A stretch of 64,000 nt of DNA from Eledone cirrhosa. Lineage: Eukaryota. Numbering within the stretch: position 1 is the stretch's first letter; each line of letters begins with the position of its first letter. Position numbers and translations under genes: made by a program. Where the stretch lies: the NCBI GenBank assembly GCA_964016885.1, contig OZ024740.1, forward strand, positions 309,380,001 to 309,444,000. Direction: 5' to 3'. Shown piece by piece: positions 42,689 to 55,764 of the stretch. Under the pieces are notes generated by a model, which was given only the letters and a program-made list of their open reading frames with translations, made no database searches and was not told the origin of the DNA.

Positions 42689-42992
42689 TGTGGTTAGAAA
42701 AAGCTATCTCACTTACCGCTTTTCACAGGCGCCGCTAAATTCCACTGCAGGTTACTCCTCTTCCACGTGCGACCAACTGCTTAACACCGGGAGCTGCCCA
42801 AAACTCGCGTCCACACCATTTGCTGGTCACCACTAGAGAGAGGCCCTCTGCTGGCCCTTCCGGTCGAGCATCCTTCCGGCCAAAAGACCCTTCCGGTCAA
42901 GCATTCCCCCGCCTCCGGCCACCGCACGCCACACACCCTTCCGGTCGAGTACTCCCCTGCCTCCGGCCACCGCACGCCACACCATACCCACA
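42689..42992 (-). repeat. 3' LTR (304 bp)
   Basis: Direct repeat of 46635-46938; about 9 differences by eye. Confidence 0.95.
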
Positions 42993-43005
42993 CGCTCCCC
43001 TGATC

Positions 43006-45290
43006 TCAAGGATCAATTTCCCCCTCGTCCCTCTGCATATGAAAGTCTGCTGTCCAGGTCGGTGGTCTACGACTTCGTTGCGATCTTCGTAGTATTGGGG
43101 CAGGGCTCTGGGTTTCCACCTCATCTTGGGTTTCCTCTTCCTCGGAGTCCGTCGACACAGTGATTCTTCTTACATCCAGGACATGACGTGGTACCCCGTC
43201 CACGGACACATTGTTCTTTGAATTTACGGCCGTCACCGTTCCCCTTCCCCATTGAGATGTGCAACGTGCATCTGGGGGCTTAACCCAGACTTCTTCGCCC
43301 ACCTGCACGAATGCACTCTCTCTCCCCACTGGCCGTTGTGGTGGTGTGCACGGGTGCCGCCACTCGTATTTGAATACTGCTCTGTGTGGCACCGATTCCT
43401 CGACCTGTCCAACCCGAGGGGACATATTGTACCAGAACACTGCCTCCATTGGTGAGATATGGCCCCGCTCCGCCATTGCCTTGATCGTCCGGTGGTGTCG
43501 CTCCACAATTCCATTCCCGCTCGGCCTGTGCGCCGCTCTGAAGAAACGGTCCACCTTCCATCCATCGAGCATCTCCCTCAGTGCCTCCGAGCGGAAGGCT
43601 GCGCTGTTGTCCATCAGCAGTTCGTCCACAGGGCCCCGCTCCAAGAACACCTCTCTCAACGTCCGCACGATTTCCTCGGCCGTTCCAGTCCTCATCTCCC
43701 TCCATATCGCCATTCGACCTGGTCCACAGTCGACCATCGAGAGGTACGTTCCCTGGCGGTAGTGCGTCACATCCACCGCTAATCGCTTCCAGTCGCGATC
43801 CACCGGGAGGCTTCCCGTTTCGTGTACACCCAGGGCGGGATCAATGGACTGACATCGGACGCAGCCTCTAACCACCCCCCGAACACTGTGTCTGCTAACG
43901 TCCGAGTCGATTATCCTGGCTAGGAACAGGCTCCTATCCACCCCCATGTGGTGCATGTCATGCAACCCCTTCAGGTCTAACTCGGTCAGCCGACACACGG
44001 CAGCTATCTCATCTTCTACCTCCTCCGGCGCTTCCATCCAGGCTTTCTTCACTCTAGTTAAGATGTCCGCCCTATTTTTCTCTGAGGGCACGAACACTAC
44101 GCTCAGCTTCAGGTCGAACTCGGTGGCCAGCTCTCCTAACGTTCCCAGGCGGCGCTTTATCAGCATCTCCGCCGCGCCTCTCGTTCGCACTCTCTTCTCA
44201 CTGGTGAGCACTGATCTTACCCATCCGAGTACAGTAGCCGAGTCGGTGCGTATCTCGATGGTGCGCAGCCCCCACCGCAGGGCGAGGTTCACCCCTCTCA
44301 ACACCGCGTCCAGCTCGGCCACATTGATGTGGCTGCAGTCGTCCTTCTTTCTAAGCCAGGCTGCATCGTCGACCTCAACACCTCCTATCTCCAACGTGAC
44401 ACCCAGCGCTATGCTGCTGGCATCGCACCATACGGTCCCGCTCTGTGATTTGGGAACGTACCAGCGTCCCCGCACTGGGTCGTCGGCCTTCACCCTCCCC
44501 ACGATCTCCTGCATCATGGCCACCGTCCTCTCTCCCACTCTGTCACTCCAAGTCACCCTTCCCGCTCGTCTCTTGACATAGCTGCATGCCGTCCGGAGCC
44601 ACCCAGCGATCGGGTAGTGACCCACCAGCTTTCCACACACCGAGAAAAGCTCCCGCCTATTCATACTTGGGCCCAGTTCCGGAACTTCGTTTCCCCTCTG
44701 GAACACCAAAACGCCCGTCTTGTCTCGCCGTAGCCTAAGTCCCAGCGCGGCTCCTCCCTCCAATGCTTCTGATGGCTTCGTAGTCAGTCCATACCTCCGC
44801 AAATGGCTCGTGACCTCCGCCGTCGACACCACCGACTCGTCCACTAGGATGTCGTCAATATAGGAGTTAGTAGCCCTCTTTATCTTGTCGGCTCTCCCCA
44901 GAGCGGTCTTGAGGACCGCCGCCATGATCTTCGGTGCGGAGCTCAGCCCGAAACCGAGCCTGGTCAGGCAATATGTCCGGCCCTTATACCTGACCAGCTG
45001 ATACCGCCAGAGCTTCTCATCTATATGCAGCTGCAAGTAAGCCGACTTTAGATCCACGATCGCTGAACCCCCCGTCATGCGTCTCCACTCACGCAGGGTT
45101 TCCCCACAGACATCCGTGACCTCGCCACCCGTGTGGCATGACACGTGCTCGTTCAGCTCCCGATAGTCCAGCACCGGCCTCACCTTGCTCTTCGTGGGTT
45201 GCACCAACGCCATCAACGGCAATACTCCGCACTTCACCTCCTCCTTCCAGGGCAGCAGTATGCCCTCTTCGATCCATCTCTCTACTTCTC
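43006..45290 (-). CDS. pol: Pol: reverse transcriptase, RNase H, integrase
   Basis: VDLKSAYLQ, LGFGLSSAP, YIDD; WCDAS, AELDA, TDS; HxxH..CVRC, VDVTH, MDN, NGIVER; frameshift near 45290 separates it from the protease. Confidence 0.92.
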
Positions 45291-45871
45291 GCGCCTAGCG
45301 TTTCCCTTCAATGTGTGTTGATAGCAGCCCACTTTGGTCTTCAGTGTTGGTGGTTCTCCCTTCCAGTACCACTCAACAACCCATCGCTGCCCATCAAACA
45401 CGGCCTTGAAGTCTTTGTCCTGTACGGTGTAAGCGGGGTATTCCTCCTCGTGGGCCTTCTGGTTCTCATGACGTGCACTCACAGCGCATACCGATGCAGC
45501 GGCGCCAAACGACACACCGACATTGTTCACCGTGACGCCCCCTAGACGGCCAATCGCGTCCATGCCCATAACCACGCCGATCCCATCCACCACACTGTCT
45601 ACCACGATGGCGGAAAGCCTTATCCTCCTTCCCCGTACCGCTATTTCCATCTCGCTGCGACCTCGGCACTCATTTTCCTGCCGTCGACTGCCCTTACGCT
45701 GCTCTTCCCTCCCCACCTCTGCGCCACCCCTGCGGTCACCAGTGTCGTCGTACAGCCCGTATCCACGAGGGCTCGCTGTGGCTTCCCCCTCACGAAGACT
45801 TCCACCACGGGCAGCGCCGCTACTCGTAAGGGGCAACTACCGGCGCAGTAGTTCCCCTTGGATCGTTTCCC
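45282..45871 (-). pseudogene. Aspartic protease region (frameshifted)
   Basis: ALVDTGCTTTLV in the -1 frame relative to gag, then a shift into the listed ORF containing VVMGMDAI. Confidence 0.8.
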
Positions 45872-46572
45872 TGGTCGCAGTTAGTAGCGATGTGGCCTGG
45901 TCGCTTACACCGGTAGCAAATTATCTCCGGCTTCGACTCTCTACAGTCTCTAGCCATGTGCGGGCCCTGGCACCGAAAACAGCGCCCTCTAAACGCACGC
46001 GGACGGCCGCGTGCCGAGGTTGCACTATTTCGCTGCCAGGTGTCCTGAGCCTCCGTAGTTGCTATCGCCGCAACACTCTTTTTGGCATCTTCCGCTATGA
46101 TCCGGGCTTGTTCCACCAGTGAACGCATTTCCATCTCTTTATAACCCGGGACTTGCTGCAGTTTCACCGCTATGTCGTCCGGAAATCCATTGATGCACGC
46201 CAACCGCACCGTGCGTTCACATTCCGCCTGGTAACCGGCCAACATAGCCAACCGCCGTATTTCCGCTGCGAAAATGTCGACGCGCTCACCATTCCACCTG
46301 ATTCTTGCCAGCTTAGCAAAAGCCGCCAACGGTCCCTCGGCGAATGCATCCATCAGACGCCTCTCAATCTTCTGCACATCTCTTTGGCTGTGCTCGTCCA
46401 ACTCAAGGAAGAGTACCAACGCGTCGCCCTCGAGGTACAATACCATGAGGCCGGCCACGTCCTCTATCTTCTGCAAGCTTGCGACCAACCGAACCTTCCG
46501 CAGCCAAGCGACAACATCACCTTCCCCGGTGAATGCCCTGATAGCTTCGTTCATCCGTAGTCTTGTCGCCAT
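45820..46572 (-). CDS. gag: Gag with two zinc knuckles
   Basis: FTGEGDVVAWL N-terminus; CFRCQGPHMARDC and CYRCKRPGHIATNC. Confidence 0.92.
   Translation of the reverse strand: MATRLRMNEAIRAFTGEGDVVAWLRKVRLVASLQKIEDVAGLMVLYLEGDALVLFLELDEHSQRDVQKIERRLMDAFAEGPLAAFAKLARIRWNGERVDIFAAEIRRLAMLAGYQAECERTVRLACINGFPDDIAVKLQQVPGYKEMEMRSLVEQARIIAEDAKKSVAAIATTEAQDTWQRNSATSARGRPRAFRGRCFRCQGPHMARDCRESKPEIICYRCKRPGHIATNCDQGNDPRGTTAPVVAPYE
45829..45871 (-). promoter_or_regulatory. Programmed -1 ribosomal frameshift signal
   Basis: G GGA AAC in the gag frame, 6-nt spacer, hairpin aggggaactac/gtagttgcccct; the -1 frame is open into the protease. Confidence 0.8.
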
Positions 46573-46634
46573 CTTCTGATCTGTCTTGCGGCAAGTGTTT
46601 TTTTTTGTTTTTTTTTTCAGTCGCCGAAATAGCT

Positions 46635-46938
46635 TGTGGTTAGAAAAAGCTATCTCACTTACCGCTTTTCACAGGCGCCGCTAAATTCCACTGCAGGTTA
46701 CTCCTCTTCCACGTGCGTCCAACTGCTTAACACCGGGAGCTGCCCAAAACTCGTGTCCACTCCGTTTGCTGGTCACCACTAGAGAGAGGCCCTCTGCTGG
46801 CCCTTCCGGTCGAGCATCCTTCCGGCCAAAAGACCCTTCCGGTCGAGCATTCCCCCGCCTCCGGCCACCGCACGTCACACACCCTTCCGGTCGAGCACTC
46901 CCCCGCTTCCGGCCACCGCACGCCACACCATACCCACA
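46635..46938 (-). repeat. 5' LTR (304 bp)
   Basis: Direct repeat of 42689-42992 with internal gctcgaccggaagg repeats. Confidence 0.95.
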
Positions 46939-46971
46939 AATAGAAAACAAATCTTTTCGTTTCCGTATATA

Positions 46972-47035
<64 letters not shown>

Positions 47036-47192
47036 GTATTAAGGATACTATTTATGGTTATGTATATACTAAAACCTTTTATAGTTATATATATATTATA
47101 CCCTAAATAGTGAAAGACAGTAATTTATTACTATCTTATTACCAGTAAGATAAATAGCTCAATGTAACAACATCAGTTGTTTTACAGAGCAG

Positions 47193-47257
<65 letters not shown>

Positions 47258-47362
47258 TAATGCGATGAAATACCAATGATGGTTGGCAAAATCACTGATG
47301 AGGGACTAATTTTATAATATGTAATCCATGTGCAACCATGCAGTATTCTTCTTCCCCTTGTT

Positions 47363-47408
<46 letters not shown>

Positions 47409-47469
47409 GACGATCGACTTTCGTCAAATCGGACCGAGGGAACAATGTTTCCGTTGGTCTTTCCAATTG

Positions 47470-47620
47470 CTAATACTATCTATCGGTCGCAACTCCAGGT
47501 AGAAGGAGCAACGTGAAATAAAGTGTCTTGCTCAAGGGCATAACGCATCGCCATAAGGAATCGAACTCACAACCTTACGATTGCGAATCCAATTCCCTAA
47601 CCACTCAGCCACACGCCTTC
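47470..47620 (-). mobile_element. CORE-like tRNA SINE fragment
   Basis: rc gtggctgagtggttaggg...gttcgattcc...cccttgagcaagacact. Confidence 0.7.
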
Positions 47621-48395
47621 ACATATATATATATATATATATAAAATTAAGAGATATATATATAAGGAGAGAGAGAGAGAGCGAGAGAGAGAGAGAGAGA
47701 GAGGGGAGGGATAGAGAGGGAGAGGGAGAGAGAGAGTGCCATATATCGTTTGATAAACAGTGTTTTGGACACACATAAAACATCATATTTAGGAAAAATA
47801 CGTACTTCAAGGTGGAAAAAGTTCTTCTTTCCTTATGGTACCATTTCCTGATTCAAAGACCATAACTAAAATCCATCAAAGTAATCAATTATCGATCACC
47901 AACTATCGATTTCGGTAAAGTTATGGTAGAAGCAAATCAATCATCAGAGGAATTTCATCTTTAAATAACGTCCCAATAGAGTATAAAGTACAAAATATTT
48001 TTATAGCTGTCAGAATCCAAGAGTTATGCCAACACCGTAGACAGCATGGTGTAATAACGTTTTAACTGTGGCAACACATATAAACAAGACTGGACATCAT
48101 ACCTGCTAGAAAGAGGTGTGCAATACTTGTCACAGTGTGAACAGTTCAATAAATAGAGAATTTGGAGCACCTCTTTCTAGTGGATGTGACATCCAATCTT
48201 ATTTATATCTTTCTGTGATGTTTGCATATGTGCTTTATGTGTGTACAAAAGGAGGGCTTTGTCTCTCTATATATACACATATATCTCTTAATTTGAATTA
48301 TTGATGCTCTGGACAAATGTCCATCCATTGAGCTTTTCTACTGAGAAACACAAGAATCATACATAGTATATATGTTGTTATACCTTAAATTAGTG

Positions 48396-48435
<40 letters not shown>

Positions 48436-49269
48436 AGGAAGGGGCTGTGTGGTTTCTTGATAAAGTGTATTTGGAAATAAAAGGAAAGCACAAACAAGGA
48501 ACAGGTCCCTTCTTCAGTTGTCGGCTGGGAGTCTCTAACATTTCAATGCATTAAAGACAATATGTCTATCCCCAGTGCATCAATAACTTTTGTAAGTTAT
48601 TGGGGAAGGAAAAAAGGTGAGAGAAAAAATAAATTAAGCAGAAGGGAAAAAAAGAGAAAAAAGGCACAGAAAACATACCAATAAAGGGAGGGAACACGAG
48701 GAGAAGCACATCTATGTAAGTAACTGGGGGAGAGAGAGAAGTCAAACTGGTGGCTGGACATAAGTCCAAGGCCTTATTGACAGCAAGATAGGGAGAGCGA
48801 AGAAAAACAAGTCTAAAGAGGCAGGACCTTATGATTGCAAAGCAAACGTCTTATCCATTCAACTATGCTACATCCATTGTGAAAAATACAATGATAATAA
48901 ATTGTATTGAATTCAAATTATTTAACTTTTTGTCAGGTTTCAAATAAACAAATAGCAATTATATCTTGGAAGGATATGTTTTACAAATACCTGTTGTTAA
49001 CATTTTTTTTATAGGTTAATGTGAGTAAAATTTATACTATAATAAGAGCCGTATCTGTCAGTCCATCCATCATGCTCTCTATATAGAGGGAGGGAAATAC
49101 TACTCCACCTTTCACCCAAACGAAAATGTGGAGTTTTTTGTTGCTTGTGTGTCTGTTTCTGTGTGTGTGTCTTCTATGTGCATGTTTCTATATGTGTGTT
49201 TCTATATGTCCATCAACAGACTTAAAAAAAAGAGATTCACTATAATGATAGGTTGTTATTGAGTGAAAA

Positions 49270-49331
<62 letters not shown>

Positions 49332-51689
49332 TGTGTGTGTAAAAGATAGATAGAATTAATATTTGTTTCAAGAAAATGAGAGAATGTTTGTGAAAGCTAA
49401 ACAGAGAAGTAGAGTGTTGTCACTTGAAAACAAGGAGAATCTTATGCGCAAGTCTGTCAACACATGTGTAAAATAAGTGTGTGTGTGTGTCTGTCTGTGT
49501 GTTTTTGTATGTCCTAATGAAGACTGGCCTACAACTAGTATGAATAAAGTTCAAACTTAGTTATTTTTTTCAAGTAGAACTACACTATTGTGATCAGTTT
49601 TACAATAAAGCTATGGATCTGGCCTGACTGAATGGCTAAGGAGTTCACTTCATAATTATTAGGTCCCTAGTTTGATCCTACTGCATGGGATCTTGGGCAA
49701 GTATCATTTACCATAGCATCAGATTAATTCATGGTTTGTGTGTGAAATCAGACAGACAGAAACTGTTTGGAAGCCTGTCTGATGTACATGTAATTCAAAG
49801 GGCCAGCTATGTCACACTGAATTTCCTTGAGAACAACATTAAAGGTACACGTGTCTGTGGAATGCTCAGCTACTTACACCTTAACAACTCATCATCAAAA
49901 CCAACAGAAGTTTATTTAATTTTTCACAACAAAGCTACACAGAATTATTGAAATTATGGATCTTTCTTTAAAATATATAAAATTTATAAGTTATCGTCTT
50001 TTTTTTCCACTTTTTATAAAAAAAAAAAAGGTCAGGAATATATTTTAATTTCAAAATGAGGAACTGATTAGCCATTGGAAGAATGGAACAGGACTAGAAC
50101 TATATAAAGCCTATGGACAAACTGAAACAGTATGTTTTATTTAAACAATTTTTTTTAGTGTTTCCTTCTCCTTCGAAGACCCCCTTTGGTCACGAATGAC
50201 CATGTGATTTGCACCTAGAAAGTTTTCCCTCTGAGGGACAAGTCCTTCCCCTTAATGTTTAACTATAAACCGCTCTTAACCTTTTGATACCAATCCACCC
50301 AAAACATCCTCTGATTCTATGAAGCAGAACCACTTATTTTAAAGGATTCCTATTTAGATTAAACTATTCCAACATAATTTGGTATGAGTACCTTTTGTTA
50401 AATTATGTTACAAATACTATTGTAATAATGATATAATTAATTTATAAGATGTAGGATTCTCAAGCACAGAAAATAACTACAATTACAGTTAAGTTGCTGT
50501 AAAATAACTTCTAAAAATTGAGTAAAGATCCTTAGAGATGGCCACTGGCAACATTTTCCCATCTCTAAGGGTCTTTACCTGATTTTTATAAGCTATTCTA
50601 TAGCAACTGACTGTAATTACAGTTATTTTCTGTGCTTGAGCATCCTACATTTTAAAAATTTATTTCCTCACTGCTCCTTTAGTTAAAAAATGTTAACGTC
50701 ACACACAATGTTCAATATAATTAATAATTTGGGTAAATTTCTTCAAATTCTTTATTAATTCATTCACAGGCAGTGTATTTCATGAGAAATGTGGTAATGA
50801 AATGGCTAAATACCTTATGATTTGAGAGATACCATTAAGAAAAGGATGATATTTACTGACAGGATATGCCTGTGTTACTTCTAATACCAACTAAACCACT
50901 TGATACAAAAGTTATTACCAGTTGCAATAACACATGAAATACTTAAACTGTTACACTCACAATCAATGCTTTCATTTCAGTCATTACTATCAAGCAAACA
51001 CACAACAATAGGTTTTTTCCTGCTCATAATCTTCAATCTTAACAAGATTGCAGTTCATTATATTTTTTCATCTGTTTTTCCATACTGCCATGTATTGCAT
51101 GTATTTTTTGAGGTAGTATTCTATAACTAGATTCTGTTTCTAATGCTAACCCATATTTCATTTATTTGTCTATTATTGTATGGTATTTTATTTCACTGGC
51201 CTGTGCTGAACAGAAGCATATAAACAAACAACATCGCTTACTTAAACAGTGTCATAAAGACATATGCAGAGACAGGCACTCACACATATAATAATCATAA
51301 TTGTTTTTATGTCCACCTTTCCATGCTGGCATTGTTTGGACAAGAGTTTTTGAAGCAGTTTTTTTTTGTGATTTAATGCCATTCCTGGTGCCAACCCATG
51401 CTTTATTTTATAAGTAATTTTTATACAGCTCATTTTTGATAGGGGGAATGGGGGTGGGTGGGTGGGGGTGTCGGTAAATTTTCTAGGTTGTCTTCATTTT
51501 TAAAAAAACCAAAATTAGTAATTTAGTTTACATATTGAGACCCCAACTCATCCTATTTATTTTATAATGTATGGTATTTCTAGTAATGTACTTTTTTTGT
51601 CATGTATAATGTTTTTTAATGTCTAAAGAAAATTGTCTCAGGAATGCTACCACTTAAAATAAAATTTGTTGTGATTTTATGACAACACA

Positions 51690-52225
51690 CGAAATTGTGG
51701 TGTTAATCATGATGGCATGCTTGATACGAACATTTAGGGCTTGAACTACTTCTGTATCAGCTTGTTATTCCCCTGATCAGTGATCAGTTTTCATGGCTCA
51801 CTAAAGAAGGTCACTCCATGACATGACTGACGATTCTCAGCTACTGGATCAACATAGCTTGATGTTATGCCATCTTTTTTCTCGTCACATCATACAGAAA
51901 AAATGTGAGACTCAGACTTCAACATGTTTCAGATATGGAGATCTAGTTGACAACAGGCATTTTGACTGGCCCAACTGAATGATAACCCCAATACAACTTC
52001 CCGCCTCAGGTGCTAACTTCTCTTGGAAGGAGTGGATGTCCCTGACTTAGCTCTGCACATATGTCAGCAGATTCAATGCAGCCATCCACCACTGGGGACT
52101 GCATCCATCAGCAGCTTGTCAATGTGGCTAATCAGAGCAGACTGCTGAATATATACAAAGTGAGAGCCCAGATCTCTGCTCACCTTGCAATGAGCTGGTT
52201 GCAGCACTTTGGGGATGTCATGTAA
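51690..52225 (+). mobile_element. LINE 3' fragment (Ingi/Vingi-like)
   Basis: Decayed translation GANFSWKEWMSL..FNAAIHHWGLHPSAACQCG*SEQTAEYI. Confidence 0.65.
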
Positions 52226-52789
52226 TTTTTGTCTCATGCAATAAAAAAAGTTTGAATATTTATTATGTTCAATAATATATTAATCCACCATATTAGTTCT
52301 GGAGGATTAACAAAGCAATTTAATTAGTAAATGGAGTCGGAAAAAATCAATAAACCAATTAAATATTGCTTTGTATATTTGCACACATCAGAATATTTAG
52401 TTTAAATTGCCATTCTGTCAGAGTTAAGGTTCCAGATGGCATTGAATCAAATTGACATTTAATATTAAACCACCAGGATGTTGCTAAAACAACTGATATT
52501 TGTTAAGGAAATATCTTATCAACAATATCCAGTTATCAGTTTCTATGAAACCAATACTTATAGATGTAATGACTTTTACCGAACTGAATTGTTTTATACA
52601 AATCAAAATGACTGTTCAGTAGTGTCAAAGACACAACAATTTCCTTAGTGTTGGTGATGTACATGATAAACACACAGAGTACACTCTGGAAATTGGTTGG
52701 TGATAGGAAAAGTATCAAACCATAGAAGGCTTGCCAAACAAAGGGTTGGGAGGAGCCTTCATTACAACCTTTCTAGTGTTCATGGTCTA

Positions 52790-54127
52790 CATCAAAGGTT
52801 CTCAACCCATTTAGGCCAAAATCACGAAACGCCCCCCCCCCCCCCCCCTTATTTTTCCATTTTTCAATATACTACTAATTTTGATATCAGTAGATTACTA
52901 AAAAATTGTTTAACGATATTCCAAAGATACCATTGCAGGCAGTTGAAAGTATAAATACATTCCTTGAAAGGAAGTATATAAATTTCAAAAAAAGGAACAT
53001 AAATGTTGTTTTTTATGAATAAGGACCAGTTGAATTTGTTATATTCCCACCAGGTGATACCAGCTATTTTGAACATTTATACAAGAGCAACTCTGTCTAT
53101 CCAAAGAGTGCTCTTATCTGGAAGAAAGTGGCAATTGTATTATTTCAAAGCTTTCCAATTTTCCCTTTAATGAAACAGATAGAATAAATGTTGATATCTA
53201 ACTTGATGTCCCCTCCGCTTTGTGAGCTTAGAGACCACGCAAGAGGGTTTTCATGACCACGTAAGAGGGTATATTCATTAGTAAACGGTAAAATATATAC
53301 AACAAATGAGTAAGTGAATTGTGGTAGATGGTTTCCAGTCCAGTCAGACTGCAACTAAAAATAAAAAATCGACTTACTTTGACCTCGTATCAATGGAACC
53401 CTTGAGCCTCATGGATTTTAGCTAACTCTTTGACGTCAGGCTGGATTTTCGTGAGCTGTAGCCGGAGATCTCCACGTGCAATCACATTGTAGCGGTTGCG
53501 AGCCTTACTATGCAGTCTGGAAACAACGCCAAACCCCCTCTCGACTAAGTATGAGCTAGGAAAAGGCAAAGCAAATCTCTTAGCCTCTGCATGTAGGAGT
53601 GGAAATCGACGCTGAATTTCCTCTTGCATCCAAAAAAGGGGTTCACCTATTTTGGAAAATTTAATTTTGATAATGTTATCTGTCTGAAGTTCAATTAATT
53701 CTTCCTGAAATTTAACGTCGAAATCGTCGACGTTAGCTGTGAAGGGATCTACTATCCACTTGGGATGTCCATCTAAAAAAGGTCGACAAACCGTTGTCTC
53801 ATGTTGTCTTGTAGTGCACGGAGGTGCGCGGTATAAATTTGTAGTTGGTCATCGCTCACAATGTTTTGAACATTGGCGACACTAGGAAAATTATAAAATT
53901 CCCGTCGACAAAGATTCCTTTCGATGGCTTTCAATTTGGCCAGGAATATTTTCACAGCATTCCTTCCTTTAAACAAGGTGATCTTCTCCTCCTGCAAAGC
54001 CATAATGAGGCTATTGCATTTGTCGAAGATATCGGCGAGGTAGGCACAGTCTTACCTCACATCGAGGTTTTTTTTATACAGTTCTGTGTTGTGTCCTCGA
54101 AGAAACTCAATGATAGAGTCGAACAGT
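52790..54127 (-). mobile_element. hAT (Charlie/Buster-type) transposon 3' remnant
   Basis: FPSSYLVERGFGVV..RNR..RGDLRLQLTKIQPD dimerisation domain; ca..ggttctcaacc terminus near 52792. Confidence 0.85.
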
Positions 54128-54598
54128 TCAAAGAAGCAACATGCTACCTAGATTGAACGTGGTACTTTGAAAAGATTTCTTCAATCCTTCAAGGAATTGA
54201 AGTAATGGAACTACAACGTGCAATCCAAGAACACATTGGTTCGGAGAGTGACACGTAAGAATAACATTAGCTCTGGATGCAATGTTGGTGCCAACCTCAT
54301 TTGTTGCCTCTTGTAAAGAAATAGGAACATCTGAATAATTGTCAAGAAGGGCTTTGACTGCAGAAAGTCGTGTTAGCCATCGAGTAGGGCACACAGGTGT
54401 TAAGGAGCGTGGTGACGATACTTCATTTTCTTCATCATGTTGTGATAAATACGCTTGCTTAAATATCCCTGATGTACTATATAGTTTCCGCAATTCATTC
54501 ACGTAATCTAGAACAGTTTTGATAAGTGAAGCTTGTTGTACGGACTTAGTTATAATAAGTTGAGAAATATGAATGCCGCAGTGCACGTAATGGGCCAA
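54128..54598 (-). mobile_element. Fragment of a second hAT transposase
   Basis: HYVHCGIHISQL (CxxH) and LTPVCPTRWLTRL motifs. Confidence 0.75.
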
Positions 54599-55184
54599 AT
54601 CAAGTTATGTTAGAATCTTTAAAAAGATCTTTAAAAAATACCCGTACGAATTAAATACAAAAAAGTTTCAGTCCAAAACAAAAGCAAACTATTTCAAATT
54701 ATATATTTTTGAAAAATAGACGTGAATGTTCTCAAAGACTTGATTTCATTCGAAAAAGCTTTTTTTAAAATTCTATATTTCACTGTTAGCTGTCGTAATA
54801 TTTTGATTGGATAAACAATTCTACAATTTAAACTGTAAAGTCAAAATAAAAAGTCAAAATAAAAAAGATGTAAAATATGAAGAATTTCTTACCTTTCTCT
54901 GAAATCACAAACTCAGGGGAAAAATAGTACCTTGCAAAATAAAATACCTCGTAGCAAAATAAAATACTTAGCAACGAATGAATTGAGAAGCTTGGAGACA
55001 GTGAGAAAGTAGTATTTGTATCCCTTATATATATATACATAGATAGATACACAGACACACACAAACACACATAGACGCGCACGCACACACACACACACAC
55101 ACATGTGCCTTGGTTTGGGTACAGAAAGAATTTTGTTTACAGTTCAAAGGCCACTGCTCTTTTCAACAACGCCAAATAACAACG

Positions 55185-55301
<117 letters not shown>

Positions 55302-55362
55302 AATGAAGAGAGAAAGAGGGAGGGACAGAGAGAGTAAGAAATGTGTGTGTGTTTGGTACACG

Positions 55363-55376
55363 TCTATCTATCTATC

Positions 55377-55407
<31 letters not shown>

Positions 55408-55450
55408 CTATCTACTATCTATCTACTATCTATCTATCTATCTCTCTATC
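55363..55450. repeat. (TATC)n microsatellite, 5' flank of the LINE
   Basis: Direct observation. Confidence 0.9.
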
Positions 55451-55764
55451 AGACGTGTGTAACTTCGCGGAGAAGTTTCCGTTAATTTATGTAAGAAAAA
55501 AAACGTGAGTTTTTAGTTAAATTTTATATTATTGTGTAACTTGACCCCCCCCGTCTGGACCTTCAGGTGGTGGGTCAACTCATTTTCGCCCCTACAGGAG
55601 CGAAATATCCGTTTGAAAAATTTTTTCTCCATCGAATCTTGGAAAAAATCTTGTAAAAGTTTGATTACGTTACGAACGCTGCGTCCAACGATAATGGTGG
55701 TGGAGAGGCGGTAAGACTACAAAGCTCGCAGTCAACATCGTCTTCTTCCCTAGATACTATAGAG

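Larger units (their letters stand above)
42689..46938 (-). mobile_element. Full-length Gypsy/Ty3-type LTR retrotransposon (4.25 kb)
   Basis: TG..CA LTRs, AATAG duplication at 42684-42688 and 46939-46943, purine tract next to the 3' LTR, gag-PR-RT-RH-IN order. Confidence 0.95.
41481..46966 (-). mobile_element. Non-coding direct-repeat (pLTR/retrozyme-like) element carrying a hammerhead, interrupted by the Gypsy element
   Basis: 41481-41897 is repeated at 42251-42688 plus 46939-46966; (TA)n on both outer flanks; no protein homology seen. Confidence 0.75.

Noticed and set aside
43233-46579. Plus-strand and alternate-frame ORFs over the Gypsy element
   Set aside because: Shadow ORFs of GC-rich gag/pol sequence
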